Positions 11,601-24,590 are shown, counted from the first letter of the whole stretch. The stretch is 63,014 nt of DNA, filler included, from Squatina squatina (GCA_031763465.1; 4 parts of 4 records of this genome joined end to end with filler, not necessarily neighbours in it); one strand, 5' to 3'. The notes: generated by a model not told the origin, from the letters alone. Made by a program: numbers and translations.

Positions 11601-13417
11601 CAATATGTAGATGCAGGCTTGAGCTGGAATCTGGTGAAACGTTTTCCTCACCCTGGCCTGCGAATGCTACCTTGAGAGCTGAGACTGACTAAGTCAGCAA
11701 ATCCACAAAGAGGTTGATTTGCCCATCTAGTTCATCCTTCCATAGAAACCACCAGCCCCACCATCACCAGCATTCCTACCCCAGGGTTCAAATCTGGAAT
11801 CCCTATACTCTGTATGGCTCATAGTGTAAATGCACCACATGAATGATACTGAACCACTGGGTGGGATACATTAAATACTTTAACAGAGCCACAAAAATGT
11901 TATGGAATAATGTTTACATATTTACTCTTTTCCATAAGCACTTCAAAAGTTAAGCAACAAGTCAACTGCATTATTGTTAAAATGTAATTGTATCTAGGTT
12001 TTTGGGAGGTTTTCTTACCAATTTATAAAGTGGTGTAATGGTCTTCTATAGAAGTGACAGAAATAATCATAATTTCTTCCCATTTACACATTTTTACAAT
12101 CCTGGCAGACAAGTAGATTATGTATTCAGATATGTTTCTGTAAATTATTTCAAACTAAACTGCTTGTATCCTATTTGGGTGGACGTTGTTCAATGGCCTC
12201 TCCCCCTCCCCTCTTGGTCACCTTGGGTCACGTGTTCTGTAATGTGGTTGGATGATTAATCTCTTCCCAAGTTTCTGTTAAAGCCTACCATGACAATTTT
12301 CACTTCCCATCAGGAACCAGATAGCCGCTGTTCAACACTTCTCCCCAGAAACACTGCTAAATGGCCTCATTCTTACTGTCAGTGTTTTTTTTTCCCCCTT
12401 GATAGATTTTTGCTTATTTCAATTGTTATGTAGTTTGAGTTTAATCCATTTTTCCTTACCTTTTTAATTTACTTTTATTCTTCTGACCGTAGCTGAATTT
12501 CCTACAATTTTGAATTTTATTATAATTTTATCTCTTTGTTAAAAACCTGAAAGTTTTTTCTTATTCCAAAGAAGTTCTATCATAAGACATAATAATCAGG
12601 TTTGTAACTCTTCCCTTGTGAACTGCCATGTACTTGTGATGAAAAATGTAATTTTTCTCACATTAATTCTTCACCTTCTAATGGTCATTCTACAGTATCA
12701 GGCCAGTTAGAGACAGAAGCATTCATGTTCATCAATGAAGCAAAATAATGTGCAAGTGTAATGGATGGTGAATCGAGCACGCCTTGGTTTCAGCAGCAGT
12801 AATTTCAGGAAAAGCCAGTATCGTGCTGAAGTTAGGGAATGCTGCACATCAAGTACTATGCTCAAAAGCATCACATTATGAGTTACAGACAGTTAAAAGC
12901 ATTTCAATTCGCAGGACAGCTACTGGAAGACTGAATAAAATAAATATAATTTGAAGATAAAATTATGTTTTGCTCCACTAGGTATCTTGCATTTCAGAAA
13001 GGAAGACCCAAATGATTTGGCTCAGCCATCCCAGTATTATTTTGTGTTCATAGAAACATAGAAGATAGGAGCAGGAGTAGGCCCTTCGGCCTTTCGGGCC
13101 NNNNNNNNNNNNNNNNNNNNNNNNNNNNNNNNNNNNNNNNNNNNNNNNNNNNNNNNNNNNNNNNNNNNNNNNNNNNNNNNNNNNNNNNNNNNNNNNNNNN
13201 ATGCTGGCAGAGAGGCCAGGCTTGGGCTTCCGGTCCATTCTCCTTCACTTGCCGGTAGTCCCTGGCATAGCAGCAGGAAGTTCTCGAAACCTTCTGATGA
13301 AAAAGAAGGACTGGTAGCTTCCTCTCTGTCTCCATTTTGGCCCAATCCCTTACTAGCCAAAGGCCTCAGCATCCACCTAGGCCTTCAGCAAATGATCTGC
13401 TGCAAGTATTCAGAGCT

Positions 13418-13680
13418 CGAAAGGTTTTGGGTTCAATTCCCACTTCAGGTACTTGGTTATATAATCCAGGCTGACACTCCAGTGCAGTACTGAGGGAGCG
13501 CTGCACTGTCGGAGGTGCTATCTTTCGGATGATACGTTAAACCGAGGCCCCCATCTGCTCTTTCAGGCAGACGTCAAAGATCCCATGACGTTATTTCAAA
13601 GAAGAGCAGGGGAGTTCTCCCCGGTGTCCAAGACCAATATTTATCCCTCAATCAACATAACAAAAACAGATTTATCCCTT
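13418..13680 (+). mobile_element. DeuSINE-like SINE
   Basis: B box GGTTCAATTCC, then GCTGACACTCCAGTGCAGTACTGAGGGAGCGCTGCACTGTCGGAGG body. Confidence 0.8.
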
Positions 13681-14014
13681 ATCACTCTCAGAGATCACGC
13701 TGACTGTGCTGATGTTAGCTGGTACATTGCTGACCTTTACTAAGATGCCACCTCTGCCCCAGCCTAAGATTACACTGCCCCCAGCATCCACCCCGCAAGA
13801 GAGAAGGCAAAGGGGAGAGAAATAAAAGGAAGAAAATAAAAGCTGAAATAAAATGATTCAGTATATATAAGTATTTCTCCTGACGAGCTTGGAACTGGTA
13901 CTTGCCATCTGCTTAGCCGAACACAAACACAGTGCGTGATAGCAAACTAATGAGCTGCTCAGTCATGGAACTGTGAAGGCTTGGTGACTTTTTTACTATG
14001 GAACGCAAGCCCAG

Positions 14015-14260
14015 GATCTAGAACCAGGAGTCACAGTCTCACAATAAGGGGTCGGCCATTCAGGACTGAGATGAGGGGAAATCTCCTCACTCAATGAGTG
14101 GTGAATCTTTTGAATTCTCTACTCCAGAGGGCTGTTGAAGCTCAGTCGTTGAGTCTGTTCAAGACTGAGATCGATAGGCTTTTGAATATGAAGCGAATCA
14201 AGGGATATGCAGGAAAGTGGAGTTGAGGAAGATCAGCCATGACCTTACTGAATACAAAAG
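14015..14260 (+). mobile_element. CR1 3' fragment
   Basis: TRSHSL-IRG-FRTEMR...NSLLQRAVEA...FKTEIDRLL-type ORF2 end. Confidence 0.75.
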
Positions 14261-14703
14261 CGAAATACTGNNNNNNNNNNNNNNNNNNNNNNNNNNNNNN
14301 NNNNNNNNNNNNNNNNNNNNNNNNNNNNNNNNNNNNNNNNNNNNNNNNNNNNNNNNNNNNNNNNNNNNNNCTGGGACTCGCAACCAACTCCAGCCCAGAT
14401 TGATGGGATGGAAGTCTTCACTTTGCTGAATTTAACAGACCATCCTGCAATTAGTTTTTAACATATATTTACCAATAAATTGGCTTTGTGATAATGAAAA
14501 CATCACTTTGTTGTCATGGGCAGTGCAAATGGGCTTTTACTCACCCCCAACCTCAACAGGCAGAAAGCACTGTACAAAGATTGCTGGTGTGTCGATTTTT
14601 TTTCCCCTCACTAATATTTTGAGACATCGGCCCAGCTTTTAACAAAATATTCGGGAGCGCATGTAGGCGATTGTTTGTTGCTCGGATTTTGCCTGTTTTG
14701 ATG

Positions 14704-15124
14704 AAAGAAAAGAAAGACTTGCATTTCCATAGCGCCTTTCACGACCACCAAACGTCTCAAAGCTCTTTACAGCCAATTAAGTAATTTTGGAGTGTAGTCA
14801 CTGTTGTAAAGTGGGAAACGCGGCAGACAATTTGCACAAACAGCAATGTGATAATGACCAGATAATCTGTCATGTTGATTGAGGGACAAATTTTGGCCAG
14901 GAAACCGGGGATACCTCCCCTGATCATCTTTGAAATAGTGGCCGCGGGATCTTTTACGGCCACCTGAGATAGCAGACGGGACCTCGGTTTAACGTCTCAT
15001 CCGAAAAACGGCACCTCCGACAGTGCAACACACCCTCGGTACTGCTCTGGAGAGTCAGCCTGGATTTATTTGCTCCAGTCCCTGGACCTTCTGACCCACT
15101 GACCCACTGAGCCACTGTTGACAC
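14704..15124 (-). mobile_element. Near full-length DeuSINE-like SINE
   Basis: A-box remnant (CCACTGAGCCAC) at the right end, Deu body, and L2-like tail (GGCGCTATGGAAATGCAAGTCTTTCTTT) at the left end. Confidence 0.85.
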
Positions 15125-15342
15125 TGCCCAGTTGATAAATGCCTAGTTTTGCTGTGGTTCTTTCTCGCTAATTAATGTCCAGAATTGGATGATCCCTTCA
15201 GCAATGAGTCCAGAACCATTCCTGTTGAGCACTGCAGCACGCNNNNNNNNNNNNNNNNNNNNNNNNNNNNNNNNNNNNNNNNNNNNNNNNNNNNNNNNNN
15301 NNNNNNNNNNNNNNNNNNNNNNNNNNNNNNNNNNNNNNNNNN

Positions 15343-15512
15343 CGTCATCAGACCAACTTCCAGTTAATTGGAGGGAAGCCCGCACGGCGGGCTTAACATG
15401 ACCAATCAAGGTAAGATTGCTGGGACAGGGCGGGATGGAGCTGGGAGTGTGATCTAGGCACGCCACCTATGCGGTCCACACTCAACCCGCCTCCTGTGGC
15501 AAAATCGCAACC
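15343..15512. mobile_element. Harbinger-type element subterminal fragment
   Basis: Similar to 55544-55710 (CATCAGACC..CTTCC..GGCTTAACA..CAATCA), which flanks the Myb-like Harbinger gene. Confidence 0.45.
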
Positions 15513-15714
15513 ATTGGATGCAAGCTGGCTGTGGTCCTCGATAGCTATGTTTTCTGAACATGTGGACCTTGCAACTGCTTAATTGTGAGCCACTAGCTGA
15601 ACGAGTGGACGAAAAATGCTGAATCACAATTTCTCCTGTTCCGCCCAGCTCCTGATCGCTGATTAATGAACATGGGTCTCCCGGTCAGCCAGCATTGGTG
15701 AATCTGTCAGAAAA

Positions 15715-15900
15715 ACAAAGACTCACATTTACACAGCGTCCCTCATGACCTCAGAGTGTCCCAAAGTGCTTTTCAGCCTTTTTGAAGAGTAGTCACTGCT
15801 GTAATGGAAAAGTAACAGCTAATCTGGGCACTGCAAGGTCCCACAAACAGCAATGTGATAATGACCTGATAACCTCGCTTCTTTTGGTGTTGGTTGAGTG
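15715..15900 (-). mobile_element. DeuSINE-like SINE 3' part
   Basis: CCCACAAACAGCAATGTGATAATGACC Deu motif. Confidence 0.7.
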
Positions 15901-16160
15901 CACTATTAGCTGTGTGAGAGAAGAGCATCCAACATGGCGACACTAGAAACCCACTGACTGCAGTACAAAAGCAGCGTACCTATGAATGCCAATTGAAAGT
16001 GAAAAACCTTCAATAAATGAGTTAAATTAATAAATGAGTTGGCTCGTGTTGAAGGAATCGTACTGGTGAGGTTAAGGGTGCCCTGCTCCAAGGATCAATT
16101 AGAATATAGAAATCTCTTTTGAAGCAATGTTCTGATATTAGAAGTCTTTGAGAAGTGTTC

Positions 16161-16289
16161 GAGGTTAAATTCACCAATTGGCCGCTTGAAGGTCAGAGTT
16201 AAGGATCGAACAGTCGTGTGCCCAATCTCTAACCCAAGCTCCCTCACATGCAGCTTCCCACTGAGACTGTAAGATAGTGAATTTACCCC
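16161..16289. mobile_element. Small MITE-like element
   Basis: Inverted termini GAGGTTAAATTCAC / GTGAATTTACCCC. Confidence 0.4.
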
Positions 16290-16374
16290 AAGTTATCTCG
16301 CTTTGGCTCCGTTTAGATCTTTTAATATTCTGCTTCATAAAAGAGAATATAACCCATACATATTTTGAATAGAG

Positions 16375-17128
16375 AATCCGAGAATCATAGAATTGTTACA
16401 GCATAGCAAGAGGCCATTCGGCCCGTCAAGCCCATGCCAGCAAGAGCACTTCAGCTACTCCCACTCCTCCCGCCCTTTCACCATAGCCCTGCAAATTTTT
16501 TTCCTTCACGTACTTATCCAACTCCCTTTTGAAAGCAGTGATTGAGTCTGCCTCCACCACCCTTTCAGGCAGTGCGTTCCAGATCATAACCACTCGTTGT
16601 GTAAAATAGTTTTTTCTTATGTTGCCTTTGGTTCTTTTGCCAATCACCTTAAATCTGTGTCCTCTGGTTCTCGACCCTNNNNNNNNNNGATTTTGAACAC
16701 CTCTATCAAATCTCCTCTCAACTTTCTCTGCTCGAAGGAGAACAATCCCAGCTTCTCAAGTCTATCCACGTAACTGAAGTCTCTCATCCCTGGAATCATT
16801 CTCCTAAATCTTTTCTGTACCCTCTCTAAGGCCTTCACATCCTTTCTAATGTGCGGTGCCCGGAATTGGGCAATACTCCAGTTGAGGCTGAACCAGTGTT
16901 TTATACAGGTTCTTCATAATTTAGACGCTTTTTCATGAAGCCCAAGATCTCGTAAACTTTTTTCAGTTTTCTTAACCTGCCCTGTCACCTTCAACAATTT
17001 GTGCACATATACCCCTAGGTCTCTCTATTCATGTACTCCATTTAGGATTGTACCCATTAGTTTATATTTACTCTCCTCATTCTTTCTATGTATCAGCTCA
17101 CACATTTCTGCGTTAAATTTCATATGCC
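16375..17128 (-). mobile_element. CR1 LINE 3' fragment
   Basis: KALERVQKRFRRMIPGMRDFSYVDRLEKLGLFS, IWNALPERVVEADSI and a CR1 ATTCT tail. Confidence 0.92.
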
Positions 17129-17228
17129 NNNNNNNNNNNNNNNNNNNNNNNNNNNNNNNNNNNNNNNNNNNNTTAATTAATTAANNNNNNNNNNNNNNNN
17201 NNNNNNNNNNNNNNNNNNNNNNNNNNNN
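17129..17228. other. Artificial scaffold linker
   Basis: N44-TTAATTAATTAA-N44; stops in all six frames; identical to 34647 and 48986. Confidence 0.95.
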
Positions 17229-17383
17229 ACTGGAAGAAGGTATACAGTCGTGTTCTCCAGGGGTTGATACTGGGACCACTGCTTTTCTTGATACATATTA
17301 ATGACTTAGATGTGGGTGTACAGGGCACAAAGACTTGATAGGCCGAATGCCCTCCTTCTGTGCTGTACTATTCTATGATTCTA
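17229..17383 (+). mobile_element. CR1 fragments (RT GP-LFLIHINDLD joined to 3' tail)
   Basis: PGLILGPLLFLIHINDLD-like RT motif, then TTCTGTGCTGTA..TTCTATGATTCTA. Confidence 0.7.
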
Positions 17384-17462
17384 CAGTAACAAATAGCATA
17401 CATCCTGAAATCCCTTTGAGTATTATATAGCATACATTTTTCAAGTCTAATTTTATTCTTAC

Positions 17463-17588
17463 CCTTCCCAGGACATCCACAGGTAGCTTAGAGTTGAGAA
17501 GCACGGGTTTCACTTTATCACCAGACAGAAAACCACTCACAGGATTAAGGCTGTCAAAAATTATATCATACTTTGCCTTTTCTTCCAA
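17463..17588 (-). CDS. EPS15: EGFR pathway substrate 15, EH2-domain exon (126 bp)
   Basis: AG|TTG...AGG|GTAAGA; [42 protein letters not shown] is closer to EPS15 than EPS15L1; adjacent to OSBPL9 as in human. Confidence 0.93.
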
Positions 17589-18016
17589 CTGCAATTCATA
17601 TAATAATAGATGTAAGTTAATGATGTTAAACTAGGAATTCTCCTTTCAAATTGCTGTACAAATGTTAATTTACACATTAATATATTCAACTAAAATTATT
17701 TCCAATGTTATGATTGAAGGCCTTTAAAATAAAACAATTTAACTTGAAACTATTCAGGAGTTTACTGGCTGGTTTACTAGTTTCTAGCCATTAAGAATAA
17801 TATTGATGGACTTCCCAGGAAAAAAAATAATTTAAAAACCTAATTATTATTTCAGTAATATATACTTAATGCATGCAGCATTTACATTTTTTGTAGACAG
17901 TTTTTCAAAAAATAATTTGTCAAACCAAATCCCACTTTCAGTCACAGATCTTTTATTGGATCATTAAAAATCTCAAAAGGAGCCCAAGTTAAAAGTTAAC
18001 ATTTAAAATGCTGTAC

Positions 18017-18082
18017 CTTCACAGCCCAGGGAACATCAACAGGTGCTGATCCACCAGCTAGCAATGGACTGTTCCTATCATT
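18017..18082 (-). CDS. EPS15: EPS15 exon (66 bp)
   Basis: AG|AAT...AAG|GTACAG; NDRNSPLLAGGSAPVDVPWAVK vs human HDTSSPLL...LPWAVK; phase 0 into the next exon. Confidence 0.9.
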
Positions 18083-19511
18083 CTAAGAAGAAAAGTGACA
18101 AGATGATTCATAAATAAGAATTGCAGTGATCTTAGTAGAACAGTCAAGTGAATGATTTCTTTATTTCATTCAACATAAATAAGTTAATCCCATGACTCTA
18201 TCTAGCTTTAGTTCCTTAAAAGCACAATTAGTTTGGGGAGCAAAAATCATGATGTTATGAAAAAAATGCACGTATTTCAAACGTTCTCCAAAAAAAATTA
18301 ACAAAATAAAAGGTGTTTTCATATGCCTGACATTCACCCTCAGAGATCAGTACCAGATTAAAAAGAATAAGCCATCTAAAAGATATATTGGAATCGTCCA
18401 NNNNNNNNNNNNNNNNNNNNNNNNNNNNNNNNNNNNNNNNNNNNNNNNNNNNNNNNNNNNNNNNNNNNNNNNNNNNNNNNNNNNNNNNNNNNNNNNNNNN
18501 AAAACTGCAGTATTCTGAGATCCAATTAAGATTTTACGGAAGCTCATCATTAACTCTTGGCTTTTATATTCTTCTCCTCCACCCCAATCCCCATCCGTGC
18601 CCCTCTCTGTCCCACTTCATCTCCTTCACTCCCTCTCTGTCTCACAAGAATGAGGCAGGCCAATCAATAGCAGAAAAACAGCAGCATGGAAAGTCATGTT
18701 TTAATGCAAGCACAAATTCAGCCAAGGTAAATTCAATTTCTAATTCAAGAATCTAAGCCTCTTTCAGACAGTGTTAGGCGTGCATTTCACTGAACTCCAC
18801 ACTTTATTTGAATAGCTCACAAACAGTGCAGAAAAGTCTTCCAATTATAGCTAAACTGCAGACAATTATTTTTTAATCTTTGAATAAAACCAGCAAATCT
18901 CCAACCTCAAAATATTTAATGTTGGGAAATTGCTGAACACTATTCAGGAAAAACTGCAGTGCTTTAAAGTCCAATGCACTGAAAGCATACTGGATCAATT
19001 CCGTACAGGATAACACATGCTGACAGTGCACTTCTTGATAGTTGGAACCAGTTTAAGTAATAGCGCAATCACCAGAACTGAATTTCTTCAGAAGGTTCAC
19101 AATCAGTTACTCTACTCCTGATAATTCAAAGATGTGTGCGTGCTAAAAATTTAATTATCCAGCAATTTGAATTAATCAGCATAAATAATACAAGAAAGTA
19201 AAAATTTAATATGAACAAAAAGCAAATCATCAAATTTTTTAATTAAGCAACTTTGAATTAAGAGGATTAGACTGCATTTGCTATGTTATACAACTTTATT
19301 TCTTAAAAAGACATATGAAAGGTGTAGCAGAGGCATTGTGACACAGACAGGGTAAAGTGAACAGGTATGTGCAGCTTTATGACTGTTAACTGTACCACTT
19401 ACAGTGTTGTTNNNNNNNNNNNNNNNNNNNNNNNNNNNNNNNNNNNNNNNNNNNNNNNNNNNNNNNNNNNNNNNNNNNNNNNNNNNNNNNNNNNNNNNNN
19501 NNNNNNNNNNN

Positions 19512-19650
19512 GGAATTCCAGAGCTCAGGGCCCAGGCAGCTGAAGGCACGGCCGCCAATGGTGGGGCGATGGAAATCGAGGGATATGCAAGAGACCAGAA
19601 TTGGAGGGTTCTAGGATTGATAGAAGTTACAGAGGTAGGGAGGGGGCGAT
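19512..19650 (-). mobile_element. L2 LINE 3' fragment
   Basis: GGAATTCCAGAGCTCAGGGCCCAGGCAGCTGAAGGC, the reverse of FSCLGPELWNS as at 51750 and 37080. Confidence 0.7.
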
Positions 19651-19824
19651 CACTAGCTTTTGTTCTATCTCATAATATTTTCACCCTTGCTGAGACCCTA
19701 TACTGTGGGCCTCAGGCCTTAATCTGCATTTCTCATTAAATAAATAATACATTTTATGCACGGTGTTCTGTATATCATTAAATTCCACCCCTGGGCTCCA
19801 GTGGTGAAGGAAGCAGGTTTTGGA

Positions 19825-20045
19825 GCAGGTTACTCCTGATTACTTCCTCCATTACATGCTAGAATAAGGAAGGATAGAAGATTAAGGAACTCAACATGTG
19901 CCTAAAGGAGTGATACCGGAAAAAGGGTTTCTGTTTTGTTCCGGGGAAGATGGAGCTATTCTGCAAGGATACACCAGATCTGAATAGGAAGGGAGCTGAT
20001 GAACTGGCACAGTTAATAGGAAAGTAAAGAGTCATTTAAACTAAG
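19825..20045 (+). mobile_element. CR1 ORF1 (SGNH esterase-like) C-terminal remnant
   Basis: Degraded LLP..A...RRLKELN..LKE..RKKGF.F...GRWEL..D..DLNRKG pattern typical of CR1 ORF1p. Confidence 0.5.
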
Positions 20046-21450
20046 AAGGAAAGGGGCAGTGGAAATAAAAGCAATTAGAAAGAGCAAGTAGAGAAATTAG
20101 AAATAGAGATTGATATACAAATAAAAAAGAAATGGATAATATGTAGAAAGAATAAAGGAAGCACAGGAGGAAAATTCAAATCAACCAGTTATAAGCAAGA
20201 AAAAAGAGATAACAGAACAAGGTGTTAGTTTGATTAAAATATCGAGGGAAAAGGAGTCACATTAAATATGAAAAAAATAAAGTGGCTTATAATATTTTGA
20301 GGAAGGACTGAATATATAAGAAAGGAGGAAAAGTCGCAATATTGGCGAGGTAAGGAGAGCTACAGACTGAATCAATATGGTTAGAGACCAAAGATTTTAA
20401 AAAGGATTGTTGCACATGTTGGATTGTACTACACACACACTCATTGTGGGGAGGGGAGGGGAGGGGAAAGGAAGAGCAAATCGGTGTATCAAATTAGGAA
20501 GATGAGTTAATGTACATTCACTTTTTCTATTTTCATTGTTTACCTTTGTCCTTCTCAGAATCTCCATAAAAATTTCCAGCACTGAGTATGAATTTACCAT
20601 AGTCAGACTTGTGTTTTGATTCTATCCATCTGTTTTCCCAAGCATCTGAAAAGAAAAATTTGGAAACGTATCACAAAGCTTCTTAAGGACCAAGCATGTA
20701 TTATTGCATGATCTAGATAAAAGCTCTGAAACCGGACAACAACTGTTACAAGTTTAAAACTAGACACTATAATGCAGTTCCTTTTCTGATGCTCCAACCC
20801 ACCTGATGGACAAAACTAGANNNNNNNNNNTGACCCAAGAATGAAGACGGTTTTAAATGGTTTACTGTTGCAACTGGACTACCTGACATTGGTCGCTCTC
20901 CAACTTTTTAGGATATAATAACCTGTGCTGTAACCCTTAAACTGACTAATTTAAGCAGCAATTTCATTTTAAAATCAGGTACTCGTCAAAGATTAGAGGT
21001 TTCATCTACTAAATTAAATATCCATTTTGCGATATTATAATAAATAGGATGTTCAAAAGNNNNNNNNNNNNNNNNNNNNNNNNNNNNNNNNNNNNNNNNN
21101 NNNNNNNNNNNNNNNNNNNNNNNNNNNNNNNNNNNNNNNNNNNNNNNNNNNNNNNNNNNTGAGCCCTCTCTGATGTTTGAGTAACTGTTTTTTGGAGGGC
21201 TTGTGCAGGATATAAAAACTAACAAATTCAGTCCTGCCCCGGGAGACAGAAGTTTTGTGGAGCCCGTTAGCAACCTCGGGTTTAAAACGCAAGTAATTTG
21301 GTTGATCTTTATAGTGAGAGGCATCAAAACAGATAAACGAAAAATTAGTCAGCGTCCCTGTAAATGAGGACGCAAACTGATCAGTGTGTAAACTTGACCC
21401 TTTAAAAAAAATCTCCAGCGAAGATAAATTCCCAGTCTCCTCCCCACAGC

Positions 21451-21486
21451 CCAATCCTTTTTCCAATCAGCACCGAGCGCTGACGT
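21451..21486 (+). promoter_or_regulatory. OSBPL9 proximal promoter: two CCAAT boxes and a CRE half-site
   Basis: CCAAT at 21451 and 21463 and TGACGT at 21481, 30-65 bp before the ATG, in CpG-enriched DNA. Confidence 0.5.
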
Positions 21487-21515
21487 AGCGGTGGGTTTGT
21501 TTCCATTCCCTGAAG

Positions 21516-21626
21516 ATGGCGTCGATCATGGAAGGGCCGCTCAGCAAGTGGACTAATGTCATGAAAGGATGGCAGTACCGCTGGTTCGTGCTGGATTACA
21601 ACGCCGGCTTACTCTCCTACTACACG
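21516..21626 (+). CDS. OSBPL9: Oxysterol-binding protein-like 9, first coding exon (PH domain start)
   Basis: [37 protein letters not shown]|GTGAGT, essentially identical to the human ORP9L N-terminus. Confidence 0.97.
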
Positions 21627-21709
21627 GTGAGTGGAGCTGGAGGTGGCAATACCACCTCGGGGGCCGGTGCTGTACCCGACTTGGTGCCGTGCGTTCTGCG
21701 AGCCATTTT

Positions 21710-22273
21710 TCCCTCTCTCTTTTTCTATCCTTCTTCTCCCTCTCTTTTTCTCCCTCTCTCTCTTTCTCTCTCTCCCTGTCACTCTCTCTCTCTTTTATCC
21801 CACTTTTTGACCCCCTCTGTATTTCTCCCTGTCTTTCTCCCTCTCTTTTTCTACTGATCTCTTTCTCTCTCTCTCATTTTATCCCTCGCACTCACTCTCT
21901 TTTCTCTCTCTCTCATTCTCTCTCTTATCTCTCTCTCTATGTTCTCCCTCTCTCCCTGTCTTTTGTCCCTCTTTTTTCTCTTTCTCTTTCTCCCTCTCTC
22001 TTTTTCTCTCTCTCTTTTAATCTCTCTCTTTCCTCCCAGTCTCTTTCCCCCCTCTCTTTTTCTTCCTGTCTTTCTACCTCTTTTTCTCCCTCTTTATATC
22101 TCCCCCTTTTTTCTCCCGCTCTTTCTCACGCACTTATCCTCCCTCTCTCTCTCTCACATTCCTTTTCTCCCTCTGTCTTTTCAACCCTCTCTATCGCTCT
22201 CTTTTCTCTCTCTCTATGTCTTCCTCTTTTTCACTCTCTTTTTCTCCCTCTCTTTTACTCTCTCTTTTCTCCC
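21710..22273. repeat. CT-rich low-complexity tract
   Basis: ~560 bp almost entirely pyrimidine on the + strand. Confidence 0.95.
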
Positions 22274-22571
22274 NNNNNNNNNNNNNNNNNNNNNNNNNNN
22301 NNNNNNNNNNNNNNNNNNNNNNNNNNNNNNNNNNNNNNNNNNNNNNNNNNNNNNNNNNNNNNNNNNNNNNNNNAGAGAGGCATGCATGTTGAGACATTTT
22401 TGCACTCTGAATTTTCAATGAATTCTCTCGGGAAGGGTTGCTGCACGTGAATCTGATGTTCTGCAATGTTTGGTATCTTCCTCTACCTTTCGAGCTGTTA
22501 ACATTCCAGTGCAGTAGGCTGATGATGTCACTGCTTGCTTCACCAGGCTTTTTGGTCTCTTTGTTTCACAG

Positions 22572-22650
22572 GGAGCTGTGATTGGTATAGACGATGAGGA
22601 TGACAGCACTTTCACAGTCACAGTGGATCAGAAGACATTCCATTTTCAAG
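22572..22650 (+). CDS. OSBPL9: OSBPL9 exon (79 bp, PH domain)
   Basis: CAG|GGA...CAAG|GTGAG; [26 protein letters not shown]. Confidence 0.96.
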
Positions 22651-23248
22651 GTGAGAACCAGAGAGATTCGGACTTTCATTTGAAAGGCAGAAAACACTCT
22701 GATTGTAGAGATCTTGGACGAAAACTGATGCTTGGAATTTTGTGTGTGAAAAGGAATTTTGACAGTATTTGTGAAGCACACACCAGTCTGTGTTGAAGAT
22801 TCTGGATCTTAATGATCTGCAGGTTAGAACAGTGGGTGTTTGGCTGCACTGGATTAAAAACATGTTAGACAAGGAATCTTTTTCACCAGGATTTGGATAA
22901 TACATAAAAATGAAGGATAAGTTATCAAGGGAAAAACAGTGTTCGTATCTGTTTGCATTAGTCTGAACTGCTGGGTGTTCTTTTAACTGCTGCTCTGCAG
23001 TGTGAGGACTGTGGCAGCACGGGCAGGACAGCGACTGAGCCAAGCAGTGTTGTGTCTCTACTTAGGACTGCAGATGTGCATTAACAGGAAAAGTGAAAGC
23101 AGCATTTGGCTTTATGGTGGAGACTTATGTCCTACAAACGTACAATTTNNNNNNNNNNNNNNNNNNNNNNNNNNNNNNNNNNNNNNNNNNNNNNNNNNNN
23201 NNNNNNNNNNNNNNNNNNNNNNNNNNNNNNNNNNNNNNNNNNNNNNNN

Positions 23249-23330
23249 CCTTGTAGACGGTGGAAAGGCTTTGGGGAGCCAGGAGGCGAGACACTCGCCA
23301 CAGAATACACAGCTTCTGATCCGCTCTGGT
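23249..23330 (-). mobile_element. Non-LTR LINE ORF2 fragment (L2/Crack-like)
   Basis: VSRLLAPQSLSTVYK, same family as 33490-33715. Confidence 0.55.
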
Positions 23331-24088
23331 AGCCTGTTTGTTGGAGTGTGCTGTTTAAATAGACTCTGTAGACTGTTTGCCACAAACCCTGCCCTGCCTC
23401 CAACATTGGTCGACAAAGTGGTGTCAATAGGTCTGCTGCTTATGTGTCATTCACGACTACTCCAGGTGCAATAGTGTACCCTCCATTCTCACACTGGAAT
23501 GATACGTTTATGGAGAAGATACATTTGCAGGGTTATAAACATCACACCTTCACGGAACAGGGTTATAAACGTCTCACCTTATTGAATCAGGCGCGGTATC
23601 AGGAGGCTGAATGAGAAAATATCGAGACAATAAACTATTCAGCTGTTCTCTCTCTCTCTCTCTCTCTCTCCTCTTCATTTCTGTGTCATCATTGCTTTGT
23701 CTTACTGATTTGTAATAGTAATTTGACCAGCTATTGCCATGTTTCGCCACTGTATGCTGTGGTTCTCCGGTAGGAAGGGTAAGGCATCGTCATTCCAATT
23801 TTCTGTTTTCACTTGTGATTGTGAAACATCATTTAACATTTCCATTGAGAATACCAGGGCATTTTGGACTCCAGGAATGAGGAAAGGGAAAAATTGTTAG
23901 GTTGGGAATAGTTTATGTAATTTAGAAAACTGCAGTGAATATGTATTGCTTCCTGGTGTTAAGTAAATAATTGGCTATCTGTCAGTTTNNNNNNNNNNNN
24001 NNNNNNNNNNNNNNNNNNNNNNNNNNNNNNNNNNNNNNNNNNNNNNNNNNNNNNNNNNNNNNNNNNNNNNNNNNNNNNNNNNNNNNNN

Positions 24089-24590
24089 CAGCATCATGGA
24101 TGCTCCAGTGTGAATCCATTCGCAGCTCTAGCTTCGCAATGCAATATGCCATTAACTGCAGCTGGATACACTTCCTGCACACATGGTCGTCAGGGACACT
24201 GGAAGTATCACTGATTTCCCACATAGTGCAGGAGGAGCATTCCACGGGGCCGAGCTCTACTACCATGACTTACCCTTAGATTAATTCCTTAGTTCCCTTG
24301 AATTAAAGAATACGCTCGGGGGCTCTTAAAATCAAGGAATAGTTACTCAAGGGCCCAATTCACTGAGTACTCTTCACTACAAACTATAGAAGTTACACAC
24401 TATATACTTTAAGTGCTAAGCTGTAGGAATTGTATAAGTAGTATAAATACTCACCTGGACTTACTTACCGAATCAGCTGCCTCCTCTTCACTTTTCGATT
24501 GTGACGTCACCTGGAACTCCACCACTGATCTTGGCGAGTGGCCCCTGGGCCTCCTCTCTGCGCCCTTTCAGCCCCCGCCGACTGCCTCTC
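24089..24590 (-). mobile_element. CR1 5' UTR and ORF1 N-terminus (zinc finger/leucine zipper)
   Basis: VECSSCTMWEI...PDDHVCRKCIQLQLM...LELRMD, the CxxC...CxxC plus zipper start of CR1 ORF1p. Confidence 0.8.

Noticed and set aside
17173-17184. TTAATTAATTAA as a biological motif (piggyBac site or homeobox site)
   Set aside because: Centred in N runs and repeated identically three times; synthetic linker.
21569-22450. 293-aa Ser/Leu/Phe-rich ORF
   Set aside because: Translation of a CT microsatellite and N gap in OSBPL9 intron 1.
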